Source of the DNA: an uncultured Clostridia bacterium
GTDB lineage: Bacteria > Bacillota > Clostridia > TANB77 > CAG-508
Length of the DNA stretch: 64,000 nt
Assembly: GCA_934168305.1 (NCBI GenBank)
Contig: CAKPNF010000001.1
Location: 143,480 to 207,479, forward strand
Direction of reading: 5' to 3'
Shown here: one piece after another, positions 1 to 11,433 of the stretch
How the letters are laid out: each line of letters starts with the position of its first letter
Position numbering within the stretch: the first letter of the stretch is position 1
Position numbers and translations under genes: made by a program
Notes under the pieces: generated by a model
Seen by the model: the letters and a program-made list of their open reading frames with translations, nothing else
What the model was told of the DNA's origin: nothing
Databases searched by the model: none

Positions 1-70
1 TTAACTGTTGTTCTACAATATCTTTTATAGATTTTTTTATCTCATAAAAGTCTTGTCTTTCACTATTCAT
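1..70 (-). CDS. 5' end of an unidentified CDS that runs off the left edge (MNSERQDFYEIKKSIKDIVEQQL...)
   Basis: ATG (rc of 68-70) sits 8 nt downstream of GGAGGA (rc of 79-84). The frame stays open to position 1. Confidence 0.4.
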   Translation of the reverse strand, partial: MNSERQDFYEIKKSIKDIVEQQL

Positions 71-318
71 TGTTATAATCCTCCTTGATATTAATTAAAC
101 TGCATCATTAATAATATCACAGATTAATCATAAAGTCAATTTTTTAAAGAAAGCTCAGTTAACAATTAATGTAAAACAAAAGTTGAAGATTATTAAAATT
201 TATGCTATTAAAAATATGAGAAATACTTGTACTTTTTTTTATTTAATGGTATTATAATTACGGAAAAAAGATAGATATAATAATTATACTATTTTAAAGA
301 TAATTAAAAGAAAGAAGG

Positions 319-1191
319 ATGAAAATGAAAATTTTAATAACAGGAGCAAATGGAATGCTTGCAAAAGAAGTAAGAGAAAAATTTGCAAAAGGAAATGAAC
401 TTACAATAACAGATGTTGCAGAATTAGACATAACAGACGAAAAAGCAGTTTTATATTTTGTAAACAATTTAAAACCTGATTATATTATAAATTGTGCAGC
501 ATTTACTGCAGTTGATAAGGCTGAAAACTGTTATGAATTAGCAGATAAAATAAATGGAGATGGTCCAACAAATCTTGCAAAAGCTGCAAAAAATGTAGGG
601 GCAAAACTAGTACATATTTCAACAGACTATGTATTTGGAGGAGACCTAGATATCTCTAAAGATTACAAGGAAGATGATGAGAAAAATCCAGTAACTGTAT
701 ATGGTAAAACAAAATTACACGGTGAACAAGGTATCGAAAATAATATGGATGAATATTATATATTCAGAACTGCTTGGTTATACGGAATTGGTGGAAATAA
801 TTTTGTAAAAACAATGACAAAATTAGGTTCAACAAGAGATGAAATAAGTGTTGTATCAGACCAACATGGAAGTCCAACTTATGCAAAAGATTTAACTGAA
901 ATAATATATCAAGCAATAGAAAAGAAAATACCTTATGGAATATATCATGCAACAAATCAAGGATATACAACATGGTATGATTTCACAAAGGAAATATTAG
1001 AAGAACAAAATATACAATGCAAAGTAAATCCTGTAACAACAGAAGAATATATAGAAATGATGAAAATAACACAGGCAAAAAGACCATTCAATTCACAACT
1101 ATCAAAAAATAAATTAATAGAACAAGGTATAGATGTACCAGAGTGGAAAGACGCGTTAAAAAGATATCTAAAAGAAGAAAACTGTCAATAG
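319..1191 (+). CDS. rfbD: dTDP-4-dehydrorhamnose reductase
   Basis: N-terminal Rossmann motif ILITGANGMLA and the STDYVF / YGKTK catalytic region. First gene of an rfbD-A-C-B cluster. Ends in TAG. True start may be the second ATG at 325. Confidence 0.9.
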   Translation: MKMKILITGANGMLAKEVREKFAKGNELTITDVAELDITDEKAVLYFVNNLKPDYIINCAAFTAVDKAENCYELADKINGDGPTNLAKAAKNVGAKLVHISTDYVFGGDLDISKDYKEDDEKNPVTVYGKTKLHGEQGIENNMDEYYIFRTAWLYGIGGNNFVKTMTKLGSTRDEISVVSDQHGSPTYAKDLTEIIYQAIEKKIPYGIYHATNQGYTTWYDFTKEILEEQNIQCKVNPVTTEEYIEMMKITQAKRPFNSQLSKNKLIEQGIDVPEWKDALKRYLKEENCQ

Positions 1192-1226
1192 GTCAATAGA
1201 GGACCAACTTTAAGGAGGAAGTAAAA

Positions 1227-2105
1227 ATGAAAAATAGAAAAGGAATAATTTTAGCAGGTGGAAGCGGTACAAGATTATACCCATTAACACACGCAATATC
1301 AAAACAAATAATGCCAGTATATGATAAACCAATGATTTACTATCCATTATCTGTATTAATGGAATCTGGTATAAGAGAAGTATTAATTATAACAACACCA
1401 AGAGACCTAGAAACATTTAGAACACTTTTAGATGATGGATCACAATGGGGAATGAAATTCGAATATAAAATTCAAGACAAACCAAATGGTTTAGCAGAAG
1501 CCTTTATAATAGGTGAAGATTTTATTGGTAATGATAATGTGGCAATGATATTAGGAGACAATATGTTCTATGGTTCTCATTTACCAGAAATGTTAAGAAA
1601 AGCAAATGAAAGAGAAAACGAATCAACAATATTTGGATATCAAGTAAAAGACCCAAGAGCATATGGTGTAGTAGAAATCGACGAAACAGGTAAAGCTATA
1701 TCAATAGAAGAAAAACCAGAAAATCCAAAATCAAATTACGCAGTACCAGGTTTATATTTCTATACAAATGATGTTATAGAAATTGCTAAAAATGTAAAAC
1801 CATCTGCAAGAGGGGAATTAGAAATAACATCAGTTAATGAAGAATATATGAAAAGAAATCAACTATATGTAGAAACATTTGGAAGAGGAATGACTTGGTT
1901 TGACACAGGAACACATGATGCATTATTAGAAACAGCAAGTTTTGTCCAAACAATAGAAAAAAGACAAGGTATGCAAGTATGTTGTCCAGAAGAAATTGCT
2001 TATCAAAAAGGTTGGATAACAGATATACAATTATCAAGACTTGCTGACAAATATATGAAAACAGATTACGGAAAATATCTAAAAAATTTAATAAAAGGAG
2101 TATAG
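1227..2105 (+). CDS. rfbA: glucose-1-phosphate thymidylyltransferase
   Basis: [16 protein letters not shown] signature at the N-terminus, about 290 aa, good RBS (AAGGAGG). Confidence 0.95.
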   Translation: MKNRKGIILAGGSGTRLYPLTHAISKQIMPVYDKPMIYYPLSVLMESGIREVLIITTPRDLETFRTLLDDGSQWGMKFEYKIQDKPNGLAEAFIIGEDFIGNDNVAMILGDNMFYGSHLPEMLRKANERENESTIFGYQVKDPRAYGVVEIDETGKAISIEEKPENPKSNYAVPGLYFYTNDVIEIAKNVKPSARGELEITSVNEEYMKRNQLYVETFGRGMTWFDTGTHDALLETASFVQTIEKRQGMQVCCPEEIAYQKGWITDIQLSRLADKYMKTDYGKYLKNLIKGV

Positions 2106-2107
2106 TT

Positions 2108-2692
2108 ATGGGAAAATTCAAAAGAATAGATACATCAATAGATGGTGTTTGTATAATAGAGCCAACTGTTTTTGGTGATAACAGAGGTTATTTTATGGAA
2201 ACATATAGCAAAGCCGATTTTGAAGAAATTGGACTAAACTACAATTTCGTACAAGATAACCAATCAAAATCTAAGAAAGGTGTTTTAAGAGGATTACATT
2301 TTCAAAAAGAAAACACACAAGCAAAACTTGTTAGATGTATAAAAGGTGAAGTATTTGATGTTGCAGTAGATTTAAGACCAGGAAGCAAAACATATGGAAA
2401 ATGGGAAGGCGTTGTTTTAACAGAAGAAAACAAGAAAATGTTTATGATTCCAAAAGGATTTGCACATGGATTTTTAGTATTGTCAGAAGAAGCAGAATTT
2501 GCATATAAATGCGACGATATATACAATCATGGAGCAGAAGGCGGACTAAAATGGAATGACCCTGATGTTGGAATAGATTGGCCAATGGGAAATTTAAAAG
2601 TTGAAGACTTAATAACATCTGAAAAAGATGGAAAATGGCCTTCATTAAAAGAATTAAAAGAAACAGATTTATTTAAAAACTTAAGGGATTAA
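2108..2692 (+). CDS. rfbC: dTDP-4-dehydrorhamnose 3,5-epimerase
   Basis: F.D.RG.F.E...., RGLHFQ and KLVRC..G.VFDVAVDLR motifs typical of RmlC cupins. Confidence 0.95.
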   Translation: MGKFKRIDTSIDGVCIIEPTVFGDNRGYFMETYSKADFEEIGLNYNFVQDNQSKSKKGVLRGLHFQKENTQAKLVRCIKGEVFDVAVDLRPGSKTYGKWEGVVLTEENKKMFMIPKGFAHGFLVLSEEAEFAYKCDDIYNHGAEGGLKWNDPDVGIDWPMGNLKVEDLITSEKDGKWPSLKELKETDLFKNLRD

Positions 2693-2751
2693 GGGGCCAC
2701 CACACAAAATCCCTTAAAAATAATAATAGAAAAAGAAAGAGGTATTTTAAA

Positions 2752-3720
2752 ATGAGTAAAAATGTATTAGTAACAGGAGCAGCAGGATTTATAGGAGCCA
2801 ACTTTGCAGAATATTTTGTAAATAAACACCCAGATTACAAAGTAATAGTATTAGATAAATTAACGTATGCAGGAAATTTAGACAATTTGAAAAAAGTAAT
2901 GGATAAAATAACATTTGTACAAGGAGATATATGTGATTTTGATTTTGTATTAGATTTATTCAAAAAATATGATATAAATGGTGTAATTCACTTTGCTGCA
3001 GAATCACATGTTGACAATAGTATTAAAAATCCATTTGTATTTACACATACAAATGTAATAGGAACACACACTTTATTAGAAGCAGCTAAACAAGTATGGG
3101 GAGAAGGTAGTCCAAATAAATTTGTACACATTTCAACTGATGAAGTTTATGGTTCACTAAAAGAAGATGGATACTTTACTGAAACATCTCCAATAAAACC
3201 AAGCAGTCCATATTCAGCTTCAAAAGCAAGTTCAGATTTAATTGCATTAGCATATAAAGAAACATTTAAAATGAATGTAAATGTAACAAACTGTTCAAAT
3301 AACTATGGACCATACCAACATAATGAAAAATTAATTCCTCACATGATAAAATTAGCTTTAAACGATGAAAAATTACCAGTATATGGTGAAGGATTAAACA
3401 TTAGAGATTGGTTATATGTTGAAGACCACTGTGAAGCAATCGATTTAGTATTCCACAAAGGTGTTTCTGGAGAAAGATATAATATTGGTGGACACAACGA
3501 AAAAAGAAATATTGAAATTGTAAAATTAATATTACAAAGATTAGGAAAATCAGAAGATTTAATCGAACATGTTGAAGACAGAAAAGGTCATGATTACAGA
3601 TATGCAATTGACCCAACTAAAATTAAAAATGAACTTGGTTGGTACCCAAAAACAAAATTTGAAGATGGTATTGTTAAAACTATTGATTGGTATTTAGCAA
3701 ACCCTGAATGGTTAAAATAA
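2752..3720 (+). CDS. rfbB: dTDP-glucose 4,6-dehydratase
   Basis: VTGAAGFIGANF Rossmann motif, YSASKASSD catalytic YxxxK, RYAID C-terminal motif. Confidence 0.95.
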   Translation: MSKNVLVTGAAGFIGANFAEYFVNKHPDYKVIVLDKLTYAGNLDNLKKVMDKITFVQGDICDFDFVLDLFKKYDINGVIHFAAESHVDNSIKNPFVFTHTNVIGTHTLLEAAKQVWGEGSPNKFVHISTDEVYGSLKEDGYFTETSPIKPSSPYSASKASSDLIALAYKETFKMNVNVTNCSNNYGPYQHNEKLIPHMIKLALNDEKLPVYGEGLNIRDWLYVEDHCEAIDLVFHKGVSGERYNIGGHNEKRNIEIVKLILQRLGKSEDLIEHVEDRKGHDYRYAIDPTKIKNELGWYPKTKFEDGIVKTIDWYLANPEWLK

Positions 3721-3740
3721 TTTGAATAAGGATTAAAAAC

Positions 3741-4385
3741 ATGAACAATATTGACCCTAGAATATTAGAAGAATACTTCTATTATGGAATTGATAATATA
3801 CCTGAATTGTTAGAAGGTATTGTATATTTTTCAACTAAAGAAATGCATAAATTATATCCAAGCTTGTCAGAACAGTATAAAACATCAAATAATATACAAT
3901 TATCACAAATAAAAGATTTTGCATATAAATATGGTTTACAATATTATAGATTTATTGAATTAACTCAAAAACCAAACCAATTAGTAAATTATAAAACAAA
4001 AAATGAATTAGATAACGTAAAACATAAAATGGATACAACAATAAAAAATGTCATTGATAAAAAATCTTTACTAGAATATAATATAGGATATTATTATTCA
4101 GCTGGAGAAGAAAGTAAATTCTCATCAATATATCAAAAAAATTATCAGACAAGAAAATTTTGGACAACTGAAATATCAGAACAATTGAAACAACTATCAA
4201 TTCAAGAAAAAGAAAATCCTATAGAATATTATAAAACTTGGATTAATGTAAGATTAAAAACTGCAGAATCAAGAAAACAAAAAAACAACTCTGAAATCAA
4301 ATTATTACAAAATGTGAAAAAACAGCTTGATAAAAAATGCAATCAGTTTGAAAATTCAAAAAAAGATAATGATTTAGTAAAATAA
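3741..4385 (+). CDS. hypothetical protein (214 aa, lysine/asparagine rich)
   Basis: Long ORF directly downstream of the rfb genes. No motif recognised. Confidence 0.45.
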   Translation: MNNIDPRILEEYFYYGIDNIPELLEGIVYFSTKEMHKLYPSLSEQYKTSNNIQLSQIKDFAYKYGLQYYRFIELTQKPNQLVNYKTKNELDNVKHKMDTTIKNVIDKKSLLEYNIGYYYSAGEESKFSSIYQKNYQTRKFWTTEISEQLKQLSIQEKENPIEYYKTWINVRLKTAESRKQKNNSEIKLLQNVKKQLDKKCNQFENSKKDNDLVK

Positions 4386-4411
4386 TAAATAAAAAGTAGT
4401 TAAAAAATTAA

Positions 4412-5923
4412 CTACTTTTTTATATTACCTAAAAATCTATTACTTAAGTAAAAAATAAAAGAATAAATAGATACAAATAAAATAATATTAAATATTAAAT
4501 TATATATCAAATTAACAAAGTCAAACCTAAATATACATACAAAACAATATGAAATCAAACTACATAGCAAAGGAATAAGAATCCAATCAATAAAATTAAG
4601 TTTCAACTTAGAATATTTAACCATCTGAAAAAGACTAACACTAAAATTCAACAACTCACTAATAAAAATAGAAACTATATAACCATCAATACCAATTACA
4701 GGAAGTAAAAAATAAATAAAACAAGTAGTAACACTTAAATCCAAAATATTACAGCACATAACACCAAATTGTTTATTTAACCCTTTTAATATACAATCAA
4801 TAATGTTATCCATATACATAAAAAATATTAAAGGTGCAAATATTTTAAAATAAAATCCAGTTTCTAAATTATTATAAATAGCCAATCCCAATTCATTTGA
4901 AAAAAATAAAAAAATACTACATATACAAACAGAAAAAGCACATGTGATTTTAAAAATTTTATTACTAATATAATTAATAGCCTTATAATTTTTTTGAGCA
5001 ACATATGTTGAAAATTCTGGAATTAAAAGCATACTATAAGAATTTATCAAAACAGTAGGAAAAACAATAACAGGCAAAACCATCCCATTTATAATTCCAT
5101 ATTTAGAAAGAGCACTATTACAAGAAAGACCAGATTTTTCAAGTTGTGTTGGAATAATCAACTGTTTTAAAGTCGAAAGACCTGAACGTATGTAAGAAGT
5201 AACCGCTACTGGAAGAGCAATCTTTAATATATTTAATCTTTGACCAAACGAACGAACGTCATTTAATTTTTTAAATCTAATATCAATAATATACAATATA
5301 AAAATCAAAGTAAAAGAACATATCTCAGAAATTACATCAGCTAAAATTAATGCAATGCAAATATATTCTACACCTTTTGAAATATTAATTTTTAGCAATA
5401 TAAAAGTTGCAATCATTTTAATAGTAAATTCAAAAACTTGAGTTATAGCATTTTTATACGCTTTTCTAACAGAAGTAAAATAACTATTTATACAAGATGA
5501 CATTGCTATAAACGGAAGACCAATCGCAATATAAAACAAAGGCTTTGAAGAAACCATATTATGCAAACATTTTTCTGTTATAAAACCAGAGAAAAGTAAA
5601 ATTAATAAACCAGCAACTATTCCTAACAACAAACTGAAGAATATACATGTTCTTATAGCCTTAATGGCAATTCGATTCTTATTTACTGCAAACTTTTCGG
5701 AAACAATAACAGTTACAGCAATATTCAATCCAGATGTAGCAACTGTTATAAAAAACAAATATACAGCCATTACCAAGCTAAAAACTCCAACCGCTTCTGA
5801 ACCAATCTGATTTGATATATATATATTAAAAACAAGTACAGCAAATCTCATTAACAAACTAGTAATAGTCAAAATTGAACCATTTATAAAAAACAACTTA
5901 CTCTTTTTTCTCACAACTTTCAC
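4412..5923 (-). CDS. spoVB: MOP-superfamily polysaccharide/lipid II flippase, SpoVB-like
   Basis: 503 aa and polytopic. The N-terminus (KLFFINGSILTITSLLMR...SNQIGSEAVGVF) resembles SpoVB/MurJ-type flippases. Confidence 0.6.
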   Translation of the reverse strand: MKVVRKKSKLFFINGSILTITSLLMRFAVLVFNIYISNQIGSEAVGVFSLVMAVYLFFITVATSGLNIAVTVIVSEKFAVNKNRIAIKAIRTCIFFSLLLGIVAGLLILLFSGFITEKCLHNMVSSKPLFYIAIGLPFIAMSSCINSYFTSVRKAYKNAITQVFEFTIKMIATFILLKINISKGVEYICIALILADVISEICSFTLIFILYIIDIRFKKLNDVRSFGQRLNILKIALPVAVTSYIRSGLSTLKQLIIPTQLEKSGLSCNSALSKYGIINGMVLPVIVFPTVLINSYSMLLIPEFSTYVAQKNYKAINYISNKIFKITCAFSVCICSIFLFFSNELGLAIYNNLETGFYFKIFAPLIFFMYMDNIIDCILKGLNKQFGVMCCNILDLSVTTCFIYFLLPVIGIDGYIVSIFISELLNFSVSLFQMVKYSKLKLNFIDWILIPLLCSLISYCFVCIFRFDFVNLIYNLIFNIILFVSIYSFIFYLSNRFLGNIKK

Positions 5924-6076
5924 CTTTTTAAGAATATTATAAAATTAATAATTTATGAATAACATCACTTAAAAAACTGACCAATAAGACTAATGACATT
6001 TTAATCAAAATGATGTATTATAATAAAGATGATTAATATAGTCTAATCGTCTATTTTATTTTGTAGGAGATTATAT

Positions 6077-7795
6077 ATGAAAAAAGAAAAAAACGTAAAA
6101 GAATTTAATAATATTAAAGAAATAATTTACAATTCAGCAAATATATATGCTGATGATATTGCCTTTATAATAAAACATCAAGAAGGAAAAAATAAAACAT
6201 ACGAAAATATAACTTATAAATCACTTTTGGAGCAAATAAATTCCTTGGGTACTAAATTATTTGATATGGGATTTAAAAATAAAAGAATAGCCGTTTTAGG
6301 GCGAAATAGATATGAATGGGTATTAGGCCATTTAACAAACTTGTTAGGAGGAATAATAACAATACCTTTAGACAAAGATTTACAAATAGACGAATTAGAA
6401 AACTCATTAATAAGAAGTAAAGCAGACGCTATATACTTTGATGAAAAATATATAGAAAAAATAGAAGAAATAAAATCTAGAAATAATACAAACATAAAAA
6501 ATTATATATGTATGTCAAAACTAACAGGATATGATGACATTCATACATTAAAAGAAGAAGGAAAAAAATTATTAGAAGAAGGAAATAAAGAATATATATC
6601 AACTAAAATAGATAAAAACGCAATGAACATATTATTATTTACATCAGGAACAACATCAAAATCGAAAGCTGTAATGTTATCACAAGAAAACATAGCATCA
6701 AACATATATGCAATGCAAAAAGTTGAAGATATAAGAAGTACAGATTCAAACTTAGCATTTTTGCCAATGCATCATATTTTTGGATCAACATGCTTAATAA
6801 TGATGCTGGCATGTGGCGTAAAAACATCATTTCCAGACGGATTAAGATATGTATCCCAAAACTTAAAAGAATATGAAGTGTCTGTATTTGTTGGAGTACC
6901 ATTATTAGTTGAAGCAATTTACAATAAAATAGTAAAAGAAATAGACAAACAAGGAAAAACAAAACTTATAAAAATAGCAATAAAAATAAGTAACTTTTTA
7001 CTAAAATTCCATATTGATATTAGAAGAAAATTATTTAAACAAATAATAGACCAATTAGGAGGTAAAATGAGATTTGTAATTTCAGGTGGAGCTCCATTAG
7101 ATCCAAAAGTACAAAAAGGCTTTATTGACCTTGGAATAGATATGGTACAAGGATATGGACTAACAGAAACATCACCAGTTATTGCCGCAGAAAACAAATT
7201 TAAGGCTAGAAACGGTTCTATAGGTGTACCAATGGAAAATGTAACAATTGAAATTGCAAATAAAGATGAAAATAACATAGGAGAACTAAGAGTAAAAGGA
7301 CCAAATGTAATGCTTGGATATTATGAAAACGAAGAAGAAACAAGCAAAGTTCTTAAAGATGGTTGGTTCTATACTGGCGACTTAGGATATATTGATAAAG
7401 ATGGATTTATCTTTATAACAGGTAGACAAAAAAATATGATTGTACTTAAAAATGGTAAAAAAATCTTCCCAGAAGAAATAGAAACTTTAGTAAATAGAAT
7501 AAACTTAGTAGAAGAATGCATGGTTTTCGGTATGCCTGATGAAGTTAATAAAGATGATGTTAAACTTTCTGTGAAAGTTGTATATAATAAAGACGAAGTT
7601 AAACAACAATACGGAGACATATCTTTTGACGAAATTAGAGATATTATTTGGGACAGAATTAAGAATGAAGTTAATACTACTGTTCCTAGATATAAACATA
7701 TTATGAATATGATTTTGACTGATAAAGAACTTATTAAGACTACTACTAAAAAAGTTAAAAGAAATGAAGAGCTAAAGGAAATTATGAGACATTAG
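6077..7795 (+). CDS. AMP-dependent synthetase / long-chain acyl-CoA ligase-like
   Basis: AMP-binding motifs LFTSGTTSKSKAV, GYGLTETS, YTGDLGYIDKDGFIFITGRQKNMIVLKNGKKI. Confidence 0.85.
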   Translation: MKKEKNVKEFNNIKEIIYNSANIYADDIAFIIKHQEGKNKTYENITYKSLLEQINSLGTKLFDMGFKNKRIAVLGRNRYEWVLGHLTNLLGGIITIPLDKDLQIDELENSLIRSKADAIYFDEKYIEKIEEIKSRNNTNIKNYICMSKLTGYDDIHTLKEEGKKLLEEGNKEYISTKIDKNAMNILLFTSGTTSKSKAVMLSQENIASNIYAMQKVEDIRSTDSNLAFLPMHHIFGSTCLIMMLACGVKTSFPDGLRYVSQNLKEYEVSVFVGVPLLVEAIYNKIVKEIDKQGKTKLIKIAIKISNFLLKFHIDIRRKLFKQIIDQLGGKMRFVISGGAPLDPKVQKGFIDLGIDMVQGYGLTETSPVIAAENKFKARNGSIGVPMENVTIEIANKDENNIGELRVKGPNVMLGYYENEEETSKVLKDGWFYTGDLGYIDKDGFIFITGRQKNMIVLKNGKKIFPEEIETLVNRINLVEECMVFGMPDEVNKDDVKLSVKVVYNKDEVKQQYGDISFDEIRDIIWDRIKNEVNTTVPRYKHIMNMILTDKELIKTTTKKVKRNEELKEIMRH

Positions 7796-7900
7796 GGACG
7801 GACAAATAATGTCTCAAGATTTTGTAGAATTTTATCAAAAGTAGAGAAATAAAAACACACGATTTTTTCCAACTAAATAGAGAAAACTTCCGACATTTAA

Positions 7901-7936
7901 AAGAACTGGTATATCAAATCCAGTTCTTTATTTTTT
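7901..7936. terminator. bidirectional intrinsic terminator between the acyl-CoA ligase gene and dpaB
   Basis: AAGAACTGG-N10-CCAGTTCTT stem followed by TATTTTTT. Confidence 0.6.
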
Positions 7937-7956
7937 AGTTATGAAAGATTTATTTT

Positions 7957-8545
7957 TTAAAGTAATATAGGCTGTATTTGTTTACCATCCAAAGCAAACT
8001 CAATAGTTTTAATAAGATAATCAAAATCAAAAACAACAGAACGTGGTTTAGTAATAGGATTATCTTGTCTAAAAGGAACAAAATAATAATTTTTTCTATT
8101 AAGTAAATCTGCTATACTAGAAGCATTGCCGACTCAAAGCATTATTAGTAGAAGGAGCAATAACAACAGGCAAATTATTTCTTAAATGAGATTTAACAGC
8201 CATAGTTGCAGGTGTATCAACAATATCATTAGCTAACTTCGACATAGTATTACCAGAACAAGGAGCAACAACCATAATATCAGTCAAATGTTTTGGACCA
8301 ATTGGTTCAGCACCTTGAATAGTATGAATAATTTTTTGTCCCGTAATTTCTTCAATTTCATTTATAAAATCTTCAGCTTTTCCAAATTTAGTATCCAAAT
8401 TATATGCATTATAAGACATAATAGGAATAACTTCAGAACCCATTTTCACTAATTCTTTAATTTTAGGAATTGTTTTACTAAAGGTACAAAAAGAACCAGT
8501 TAAAACAAATCCTATTTTTTTATGTTCTAATTCCAAGATTGACAA
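7957..8545 (-). pseudogene. dpaB: dipicolinate synthase subunit B (SpoVFB-like flavoprotein), frame-broken as assembled
   Basis: The 8117-8545 ORF matches DpaB (IGFVLTGSFCT, AEPIGPK, APCSGNTMSKLAN, STNNAL) but stops early. The conserved C-terminus (GNASSIADLLNRKNYYFVPFRQDNPITKPRS...QPILL*) continues in the +1 frame from the in-frame CGG at 8131-8129 down to 7957. Confidence 0.75.
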
Positions 8546-8670
8546 AACCTCCTTTCTTTCGACATTTATATATTATATGAAAATTATATATTTTTTGTTG
8601 ATAAAACTGTTCAATTTGTAATTAATATGATACAATCCAAACAATAAAACAAAAGAAAGGATGATAAATA

Positions 8671-10434
8671 ATGGAAGAAAAATATAATTGGAAATTACAA
8701 GACATATTTGAAAATGAAGAACAATTTATAAAAGAAAAGAATGAAACTTTAGAATTATTCAAAAAAATAAAATATTATCAAGGAAAACTTTGCGAGACAT
8801 CAGATAATTTATATAATTGCTATAAGATATATGAGCAAGCATTAGAAAAATTTGAGAAAGTATATGCATATGGAATGCTAACATATCATTTGGATATGTC
8901 AAATCAAGAAAGAATAAAACTATTTAAAGAAGTAGAAACATTAGGAACAGAATTCGGTGTATCAACATCTTTTATAACACCAGAAATAACATATGCGGAT
9001 GAACAAACTGTTAAAAATTATATAAAAGAAGACAGATTTAAAGAGTATTATAGGGACATTAATGATATTTTGAAAGAGAAAAAACATATATTAAGTAAAG
9101 AGGAAGAAAATTTACTTGAGAACTATTCAGAAATATTTTCTGCACCTGAAAACACATTTGATATATTAACAAATACAGAATTTAAATTTGGAAAATTGAT
9201 TAATGAAAATGGAGAAGAAGTAGAGCTTACAGATAGCACATATACATTATATTTAAAAAATCAAAACCAAAATGTAAGGAAACAAGCTTTTAATTTAATG
9301 TATAAAAAATATAGTGAATTTATTAATACAATAACAGAGATGTATATAGCAAATGTAAAAACAAAATCAAAAACAGCAAAATTAAGGAAATATAATTCAA
9401 GTTTAGAAAAAGCAGTAGAAAATGATGATGCAAGTATTAAAGTATACAATAGTTTAATAGAAGCAATCAATGAAAACATTTCATCAAATTATGAATTTTT
9501 AAAGTTAAAAAAGAAAATGTTAAATATTTCAGAAATGCATATGTACGATTTATATGTAAATCCATGTGAACAAGGCAAAGATGAGATAACATTCGAAGAA
9601 GCAAAAAAAGAAGTTTTAAATGCACTACAAGTATTAGGCAAACAGTATGCGAACAAATTAAAAGAAGCTTTTGATAACAATTGGATAGATGTATATGCAA
9701 AACCAAATAAAAGAGGTGGTGCATATAGTATGGGAGTATATGGTATACATCCATTTGTATTAACTAATTTTGTAAATAGTAAAAGAGATGTAAGTACAAT
9801 TGCTCATGAGTTAGGACATAGCATGCATTCTTATTATTCAAATAATAATCAAGGAATAATAAATAGTAACTATACAATAATGGTAGCAGAAGTTGCTTCA
9901 ACAGTAAATGAAATTTTGTTAAGTGATTATCAAATTAAGAATGAAAAAGATAAAAATAAAAAGGCTGAATTATTATACGAATTATTAGAAATGATTAGAG
10001 CAACATTTTTCAGGCAAGCTATGTTTGCAGAATTTGAAAAAATAGTCCATGAAAAAATTGAAAATGATATAATGCTTTCATCAGATGATTTAAATAATAT
10101 TTATTATGAGTTGAATCAAAAATATTTTGGAGAAGCGGTTAAAATTGATAATCAAATAAAATATGAATGGGCAAGAATTCCTCATTTTTATAGTGATTTT
10201 TATGTGTATAAATATGCAACAGGAGTATCTGCTGCAATAGCTATTGCAACAAAAATACTAAACAAAGAACCTGAATATAAAGAAAAATATATTGAAATGT
10301 TAAAACAGGGTTGTAGTAAGAAATCTATAGATTTATTGAAGATGGTTGATGTAGATTTAGAAAGTAAAGATACATATAAAGCAACAATTGAATTTTATAA
10401 TAAAAAAATTAATGAATTAAAAGAACTCATATAA
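8671..10434 (+). CDS. pepF: oligoendopeptidase F (M3B)
   Basis: 587 aa with the HELGHSMH zinc motif and typical PepF length and C-terminal region. Confidence 0.9.
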   Translation: MEEKYNWKLQDIFENEEQFIKEKNETLELFKKIKYYQGKLCETSDNLYNCYKIYEQALEKFEKVYAYGMLTYHLDMSNQERIKLFKEVETLGTEFGVSTSFITPEITYADEQTVKNYIKEDRFKEYYRDINDILKEKKHILSKEEENLLENYSEIFSAPENTFDILTNTEFKFGKLINENGEEVELTDSTYTLYLKNQNQNVRKQAFNLMYKKYSEFINTITEMYIANVKTKSKTAKLRKYNSSLEKAVENDDASIKVYNSLIEAINENISSNYEFLKLKKKMLNISEMHMYDLYVNPCEQGKDEITFEEAKKEVLNALQVLGKQYANKLKEAFDNNWIDVYAKPNKRGGAYSMGVYGIHPFVLTNFVNSKRDVSTIAHELGHSMHSYYSNNNQGIINSNYTIMVAEVASTVNEILLSDYQIKNEKDKNKKAELLYELLEMIRATFFRQAMFAEFEKIVHEKIENDIMLSSDDLNNIYYELNQKYFGEAVKIDNQIKYEWARIPHFYSDFYVYKYATGVSAAIAIATKILNKEPEYKEKYIEMLKQGCSKKSIDLLKMVDVDLESKDTYKATIEFYNKKINELKELI

Positions 10435-10495
10435 AATTAATAATCTTAAAATATAAATTTAACAATTAAATTATATAATTAAGGAGGAAACTTAT

Positions 10496-11377
10496 ATGGC
10501 AAAAAACGTAACAAAAGTTAAAGAAACAAATGAAATAGATGAAGCAAAAACCAAACAAAAAATAGAAGTGGAAAGTACAAACAAAAATAAAAGATTTACA
10601 ATTATGGGGTTATCCATATATAGAATATTAGCATATTTCATAATTTACAGTATAGTAGGGTATATTATCGAAACAGTATTTGGAATTGTAACAAAAGGAA
10701 GATGGGAAAGTAGACAAAGCTTTTTATACGGTCCATTTTGTTCTATATATGGATTAGGAGCATGCATAATGATAATATTCTTACATAAATATTCAAAAAA
10801 ATACAATGCATTATTTTTAGGAGGCTTTATATTAGGATCAATAGTAGAATACTTAGTTAGTTGGATAGGTGAATTAATGTTAGGAGTAAAATGGTGGGAT
10901 TACTCCGATATGCCACTTAATATAAATGGAAGAATATGTGTATTCTTCTCACTATTTTGGGGATTTTTAGCACTATATCTAATAGCATCATTTAATCCCA
11001 AAATAGACAAACTTATAAACTGGATAAAAGCTAAATTTTCATTAAAAACCCTAAAAACATTAACTGTATCTTTAACTATAATACTGTTTATAGATTGCAT
11101 AACAACAGGAATAGCAATGTCTTATTTCTTAATCAGGATGGTAGCACAAAACAATCTAAATGTACCAAAAAAAGAAATTATTATCCAAAAATATGAAGAT
11201 ATATATAATAATGAAAAATTATCCAATTTTATATATAAATATTGGGGAGATAAAAAAATGATAAAAACCTTTCCAAATATCAAAATTGAGGATGTTGATG
11301 GCGATATGATTTATATTGATAGTTTATTAAAAGATATTCAACCATATTATTTCAAATTCCATGAACCAAAAACATAA
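10496..11377 (+). CDS. polytopic membrane protein (resembles the 'putative ABC-transporter type IV'/DUF1113 family)
   Basis: AAGGAGG RBS. Motif YFIIYSIVGYIIETVF...RQSFLYGPFCSIYGLGA and several TM segments. Confidence 0.55.
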   Translation: MAKNVTKVKETNEIDEAKTKQKIEVESTNKNKRFTIMGLSIYRILAYFIIYSIVGYIIETVFGIVTKGRWESRQSFLYGPFCSIYGLGACIMIIFLHKYSKKYNALFLGGFILGSIVEYLVSWIGELMLGVKWWDYSDMPLNINGRICVFFSLFWGFLALYLIASFNPKIDKLINWIKAKFSLKTLKTLTVSLTIILFIDCITTGIAMSYFLIRMVAQNNLNVPKKEIIIQKYEDIYNNEKLSNFIYKYWGDKKMIKTFPNIKIEDVDGDMIYIDSLLKDIQPYYFKFHEPKT

Positions 11378-11433
11378 GCTTTAAATTTAATCACAAATAA
11401 AAATAGAAAAACGAACATTTTTTTGAAAAAGTA

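Noticed and set aside
764-10000. Numerous antisense ORFs of 60-120 aa in the track inside rfbD, rfbA, rfbC, rfbB, the acyl-CoA ligase gene, pepF and others.
   Set aside because: Each is wholly nested antisense in a strongly supported gene. They are Leu/Phe/Ile-rich, as expected from reverse-reading AT-rich codons, and lack RBSs.
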